DNA from: Candidatus Saccharimonadota bacterium
Lineage (GTDB): Bacteria; Patescibacteriota; Saccharimonadia; Saccharimonadales; JACDBH01
NCBI GenBank assembly: GCA_028289135.1
Contig: JAQGGW010000006.1
Span: 7,334-71,333, forward strand
Length of the DNA stretch: 64,000 bases
Reading direction: 5' to 3'
Shown: positions 60,711 to 64,000 of the stretch, piece by piece
Layout: the number at the start of each line of letters is the position of its first letter
Numbering within the stretch: position 1 is the stretch's first letter
The notes under the pieces: model-generated
What the model saw: the letters and a program-made list of their open reading frames with translations, nothing else
Databases searched by the model: none
Told to the model about the DNA's origin: nothing
Made by a program: the position numbers and the translations under genes

Positions 60711-61449
60711 TGAGTGATGACAGCGGTTGATAGTCCATAGAGGTAAGCTTTTCAATGTAATATTTCCCGTTTTTCCAAAATGTCTTGTAAGCCGATCTTT
60801 CACTATTGGCGCCAATTATCCTGTACTGTTCGCCGTCAATCTCGAGCGCCACGCTGTTATCTAGGGCCACTGCAATATTTTTAGTCCCCTTAAGGCTATG
60901 CTTTAAACCCTCGATCCGTTTTGGCTCGCTCGAAAAGTGAGGACAAAGGATAATGTTATACAATTTAAGCCCTTTGACGGTTATATAATCCCAATTTTTC
61001 CCGCTTGCGGTGAAGCTTCTGGAATCGCTCAGCCCACCCTTAAACCAACAGATCGCACCCGCACTCAGACCCGACAAAACCGCTCCTCGTTCGGCAGCAC
61101 CCAGCAACAATTTATCAACGCCCATTTTACGCCATTTAGTCATCATTTTTAGCGTATTCCCGCCGCCCACATAAATTACATCCGCCGCATCAATCGCATT
61201 TTTAATTTCCATAATCAACGGATTGCTATATAACATTAACGTCTTCACGGTGCAGCCCAAGCGCCCGCCGAAGTGTTCTCTAACGGCATCTACATAACTC
61301 TCCGCATCATGGCTGGCAGTTGGGATAAACAACAGCCGCGGGTTTTTCTTGCCGGAGAGTTTTATAATCTGCTCATCAATATTCATGGTCTCAACAGGGA
61401 AGCCGGGCCTCCCGATCTCACCGCCGCCAATCGCAATAATCTTGCTCAT
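60700..61449 (-). CDS. Peptidase S51 (dipeptidase E-like, class I glutamine-amidotransferase-like fold)
   Basis: IIAIGGGEIG, LFIPTAS, VIYVGGGNT and GLSAGAICWF (nucleophile Ser) motifs. Confidence 0.75.
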   Translation of the reverse strand: MSKIIAIGGGEIGRPGFPVETMNIDEQIIKLSGKKNPRLLFIPTASHDAESYVDAVREHFGGRLGCTVKTLMLYSNPLIMEIKNAIDAADVIYVGGGNTLKMMTKWRKMGVDKLLLGAAERGAVLSGLSAGAICWFKGGLSDSRSFTASGKNWDYITVKGLKLYNIILCPHFSSEPKRIEGLKHSLKGTKNIAVALDNSVALEIDGEQYRIIGANSERSAYKTFWKNGKYYIEKLTSMDYQPLSSLTKI

Positions 61450-61570
61450 GGCTTAATCATACCAAACTACAATGTTATATAATCCTTAATTTTCAGAGTT
61501 AATGATCTGTTTTTACGTATCTTGATATATGATAACTGCATAGGGTGAAGCCGATTACAAATTTTAGATT

Positions 61571-62017
61571 ATGAATATCAAGAGCAGCGAATTTAATGAT
61601 TATTATCTATTGCCAGATTCCTGCGGATTTAATAAAGGTAACAGGCCTCCTTCTCTACAAATAACAGATGTACCGCCAAACGCAACCAGCCTTGCGCTCT
61701 ATGTTTTCGATTCAGACGTTATTTACGGCGAAAAGGAGCTAACGCACTGGCTTCTTTGGAATATCCCTGTTGATATTGGCGAATTTTCATCTGACAATCT
61801 TCCTGCGCAAGTGGTGCAGGGGACAAACGATATGGGTGCCGTGGGTTACAGCGGACCAATGCTTGCGCGTGAAATACACCACATACATTTTGTCGTTTTT
61901 GCACTGGATAGTACTCTCGATCTAGATTCGTCCTCGACAAGAGAATCTTTTGACCAAGCCGTAACCGCTAACTTCATTGATCACGCTGCTATAATTGGTA
62001 TGTATCAAACGGTTTAG
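61571..62017 (+). CDS. YbhB/YbcL-family PEBP (Raf-kinase-inhibitor-like) protein
   Basis: THWLLWNIP and GYSGPMLAREIHHIHFVVFALD are PEBP signature blocks. Confidence 0.8.
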   Translation: MNIKSSEFNDYYLLPDSCGFNKGNRPPSLQITDVPPNATSLALYVFDSDVIYGEKELTHWLLWNIPVDIGEFSSDNLPAQVVQGTNDMGAVGYSGPMLAREIHHIHFVVFALDSTLDLDSSSTRESFDQAVTANFIDHAAIIGMYQTV

Positions 62018-62066
62018 AATATCCTTCGGTTATGATAACTGAAGATAGTATAAATATTTCGCAGCT

Positions 62067-62399
62067 TTAACTCTGGTGCTCTTTAAACCATTCGCGTGGG
62101 CGGTTAAATTGCCACGGTTCGCGTGTGTTTGATTTGTGAACTGTCACATCTTTCCAAACATTACCGACAACATAAGGTTCGGATTCAAGCCATTCATAAA
62201 GTTCTTTTTCTGAAGGGTACTGAACAACAATCATCGAGCCTTTCATAGATCCGTCGTCGTGCAGTAAGGCTGCGCCGTAGAGCATGTTACCTGACAGTCT
62301 TAAAGATTCACCAAGGTCAATATGCGCCTCTCTGGCTTTAGCTCTTCTTTGCACAGCGCCTTCATCGGTACCATCAAGTCCAATAACAACAAATTGCAT
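62067..62399 (-). CDS. YciI-family protein
   Basis: 110 aa. MQFVVIGLDG...REAHIDLG...GAALLHDDGSMKGSMIVVQYPSEKELYEWLESEPY fits the YciI-like pattern. Confidence 0.75.
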   Translation of the reverse strand: MQFVVIGLDGTDEGAVQRRAKAREAHIDLGESLRLSGNMLYGAALLHDDGSMKGSMIVVQYPSEKELYEWLESEPYVVGNVWKDVTVHKSNTREPWQFNRPREWFKEHQS

Positions 62400-62487
62400 G
62401 GTCTAATCTTAGCAGATAAAACTACTTGCATACCGACAATTTTAAAGCTTTAATTTATACCGGTGCTAGCCTATTCGAAAAGTTATT

Positions 62488-62937
62488 CTATTCCACACGC
62501 CGTGCGAATATTTCCTCGGTTTCACGCATAAAAATCTCCGCGATCTTCGGCCCGACTCCATAAAATTCTTGCAGCCTTTTCGAAAATTCGTCCTCGTCAA
62601 AACTATTATCAAGCATAAGCTGCAGCGAACCGTCATATTCACGGATTAGCCGCTCCATACAAACCTTTAGTCCGTGCGCCGTAACGTGCTGGTAGCGCGT
62701 GTAGCCGCCTTTGTGCAAAACGCTAACAAGCTTATGATCAGATGCCTCAACGATCGCCCATGGGTTGTCTAGTTTTTTGGCAATGAGCAGCTTCCACGTA
62801 TCCACCGCAACATCAGACTGTATTGGTTTGCCGAACAAATAACACAGCAAAAACCACTTGAACATATCTGTATCTCCCGACAGAATATCAAGATCAAAGT
62901 CGCTTGCATAATGCTGCTGGCGGGTTTTACGGGGCAT
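62488..62937 (-). CDS. Hypothetical protein with a helix-hairpin-helix motif (endonuclease III/HhH-GPD-like, short)
   Basis: 149 aa with a C-terminal FYGVGPKIAEIFMRE HhH-like motif. No catalytic residues recognised. Confidence 0.4.
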   Translation of the reverse strand: MPRKTRQQHYASDFDLDILSGDTDMFKWFLLCYLFGKPIQSDVAVDTWKLLIAKKLDNPWAIVEASDHKLVSVLHKGGYTRYQHVTAHGLKVCMERLIREYDGSLQLMLDNSFDEDEFSKRLQEFYGVGPKIAEIFMRETEEIFARRVE

Positions 62938-63069
62938 TATTTTTATTATACTAATAAGCTAAAAGCTTGGTGTTAGAAAACTATCATCATATTTTAAAGA
63001 GTCCTTACAGACACATTATTGCGCTCAGCCTACAATCATCTAAACAACAATAAACGAAAAGGAGAATTT

Positions 63070-63318
63070 ATGCCGCAAGATGACCCGCAGGACGATTTTT
63101 TAACAAACGACCCAGACGATACAAACCCAATGAACGATATCAAAGAGGATGAAGAATTGCCAGATGATGTCAGTGATGACACGCCGTTCTCAAAGCCGAG
63201 TGATGTCAAGGACACGCTGGACCCAACCTCGCAACAGTTCGACCCTGCATCAGACATTGATTCGCAGGAAGAATATGACGCCGGAGCTGATGTTGCTTCT
63301 GGCTCGACTGATAGCTAA
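63070..63318 (+). CDS. Highly acidic, low-complexity small protein (82 aa)
   Basis: ATG 63070 lies 7 nt after AAGGAG, downstream of a TACAAT box. Sequence MPQDDPQDDFLTNDPDDTNPMNDIKEDEELPDDVSDD... is very rich in Asp, Glu and Pro. Confidence 0.45.
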   Translation: MPQDDPQDDFLTNDPDDTNPMNDIKEDEELPDDVSDDTPFSKPSDVKDTLDPTSQQFDPASDIDSQEEYDAGADVASGSTDS

Positions 63319-63429
63319 GTTACGCTTGGCAATAAATTAAACTGCAGACCTAATCATGATAGAAAAATTACAGACGCTTAATAATAAAGCATTTAAAATT
63401 ATAAAAGTAAATTAAAAGAAAGGTACTCT

Positions 63430-63543
63430 ATGGCAGACGCTGTAAATCCAATAAATGACGACAATGATTTAAACCCGCTTCATGATGTAAATAAAGATCC
63501 GCAACTTAATGATGTTGGCGAAAAGCCAGCAGTAAACCCTTAA
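63430..63543 (+). CDS. Possible 37-aa acidic peptide related in composition to the upstream gene
   Basis: MADAVNPINDDNDLNPLHDVNKDPQLNDVGEKPAVNP. AAAGG upstream and a strong terminator directly downstream. Below the ORF-track cutoff. Confidence 0.3.
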   Translation: MADAVNPINDDNDLNPLHDVNKDPQLNDVGEKPAVNP

Positions 63544-63571
63544 AGTACAGCATGTTTAGCCTGATCTAAAA

Positions 63572-63606
63572 GGTACGCTTTGTAACTTGCAAAGCGTACC
63601 TATTTT
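63572..63606. terminator. Bidirectional Rho-independent terminator
   Basis: GGTACGCTTTG (63572-63582) pairs with CAAAGCGTACC (63590-63600), then TATTTT. An A-run precedes the stem, serving the minus strand. Confidence 0.7.
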
Positions 63607-63616
63607 AATTGTTATA

Positions 63617-64000
63617 TTAATTAGCAGATTCAAGATCGGCAACCGCTTTAGGATTGAAACCTTTAAAAATAAGCCATAGCCCTAGCGAAAGCTCAAATAG
63701 CGCCACAGGGAAGGCGGCCGCTCCTGATATTTTCGCGTGCTGTTCAACACCGCCAAACAATACCGTCAAATAGCTAACAATAAGTATCGGTGCGCCTATG
63801 ATCCCGACCATTGCTAAGCCGCGTGGGATTAAACGTGATTTGAACAAAAGTATGCCTAAAATCAAGTCGCAGATCGCTGGCATAAAACTCTGGCTAAGCA
63901 AAAATGTGCGGTCATAAAGAGCAGAGAGCAAATGGCTGCTTGCAAGAGCGTCGGCTCCAACACCTGTTCTACGCAACACAACTACAGTTGACAGAAATGC
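63617..64000 (-). CDS. DUF4386-like membrane protein (5' end outside the window)
   Basis: The reading frame is open to the window edge. C-terminal sequence ...ICDLILGILLFKSRLIPRGLAMVGIIGAPILIVSY...ALFELSLGLWLIFKGF is typical of DUF4386-type proteins. Confidence 0.55.
   Translation of the reverse strand, partial: AFLSTVVVLRRTGVGADALASSHLLSALYDRTFLLSQSFMPAICDLILGILLFKSRLIPRGLAMVGIIGAPILIVSYLTVLFGGVEQHAKISGAAAFPVALFELSLGLWLIFKGFNPKAVADLESAN

Noticed and set aside
61528-62041. An 11-bp direct repeat TATGATAACTG flanking the PEBP gene (61528-61538 and 62031-62041), considered as a possible target-site duplication.
   Set aside because: It is short and AT-rich, and by rough estimate such a repeat within 500 bp is expected by chance in 64 kb. 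The first copy doubles as a -10-like box. No inverted repeats or mobility gene are present.

Overview
The window is a dense, mostly housekeeping 64-kb stretch of a small-genome, Gram-positive-type bacterium that uses the standard genetic code. I support about 65 protein genes. I found no tRNA, rRNA, CRISPR array, transposase or integrase. The gene content fits either Saccharibacteria/Patescibacteria or a low-GC actinobacterial relative: an Rpf/LysM wall hydrolase, giant prepilin-like proteins, an MprF-like lipid synthase, many leaderless-type promoters and a cyo quinol oxidase. I cannot settle the lineage without database searches.

Gene order, left to right:
- a YggT-like gene, an Rpf-LysM gene, and a P-loop kinase plus DUF45 metallohydrolase pair
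- secE-nusG-rplK-rplA-rplJ-rplL, interrupted by extra ORFs
- an orphan AAA+-like ATPase
- dcd plus a tmk::thyX fusion
- dnaX-dnaB, then ybaB-recR, an nrnA-like gene and cysS
- an AI-2E transporter, two GT4 glycosyltransferases and two paralogous alpha/beta hydrolases
- a 680-bp gene-free gap filled with long RNA-type hairpins
- a DEAD-box helicase, an MprF-like gene and a three-gene pilin-like operon
- a GlsB mini-operon divergent from a Crp/Fnr regulator
- a CHASE histidine kinase plus a stand-alone receiver, and a D-Ala-D-Ala carboxypeptidase
- a GtrB/GtrA/GT-C-like glycosylation module fused to a PIG-L deacetylase
- rpiA and prs, followed by seven pyrimidine de novo genes (pyrB, pyrE, pyrF, pyrD, pyrC, carB, carA)
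- cyoABCD plus a polyprenyl synthase
- several small conserved-family genes

The most unusual signal is the 415-nt block of three abutting long hairpins at 27.9-28.3 kb. It contains a 6S-RNA-like candidate and a second rod-like structured RNA. Other leads are:
- a terminator/antiterminator-type leader at 10.4-10.6 kb
- a short dispersed repeat family at 35.3 and 36.8-36.9 kb
- the tmk::thyX fusion
- a CyoD fused to a degenerate cupredoxin-like domain
- a GT-C::PIG-L fusion
- widespread leaderless promoter geometry

All functional calls come from motif recognition by eye. No searches or computations were run.
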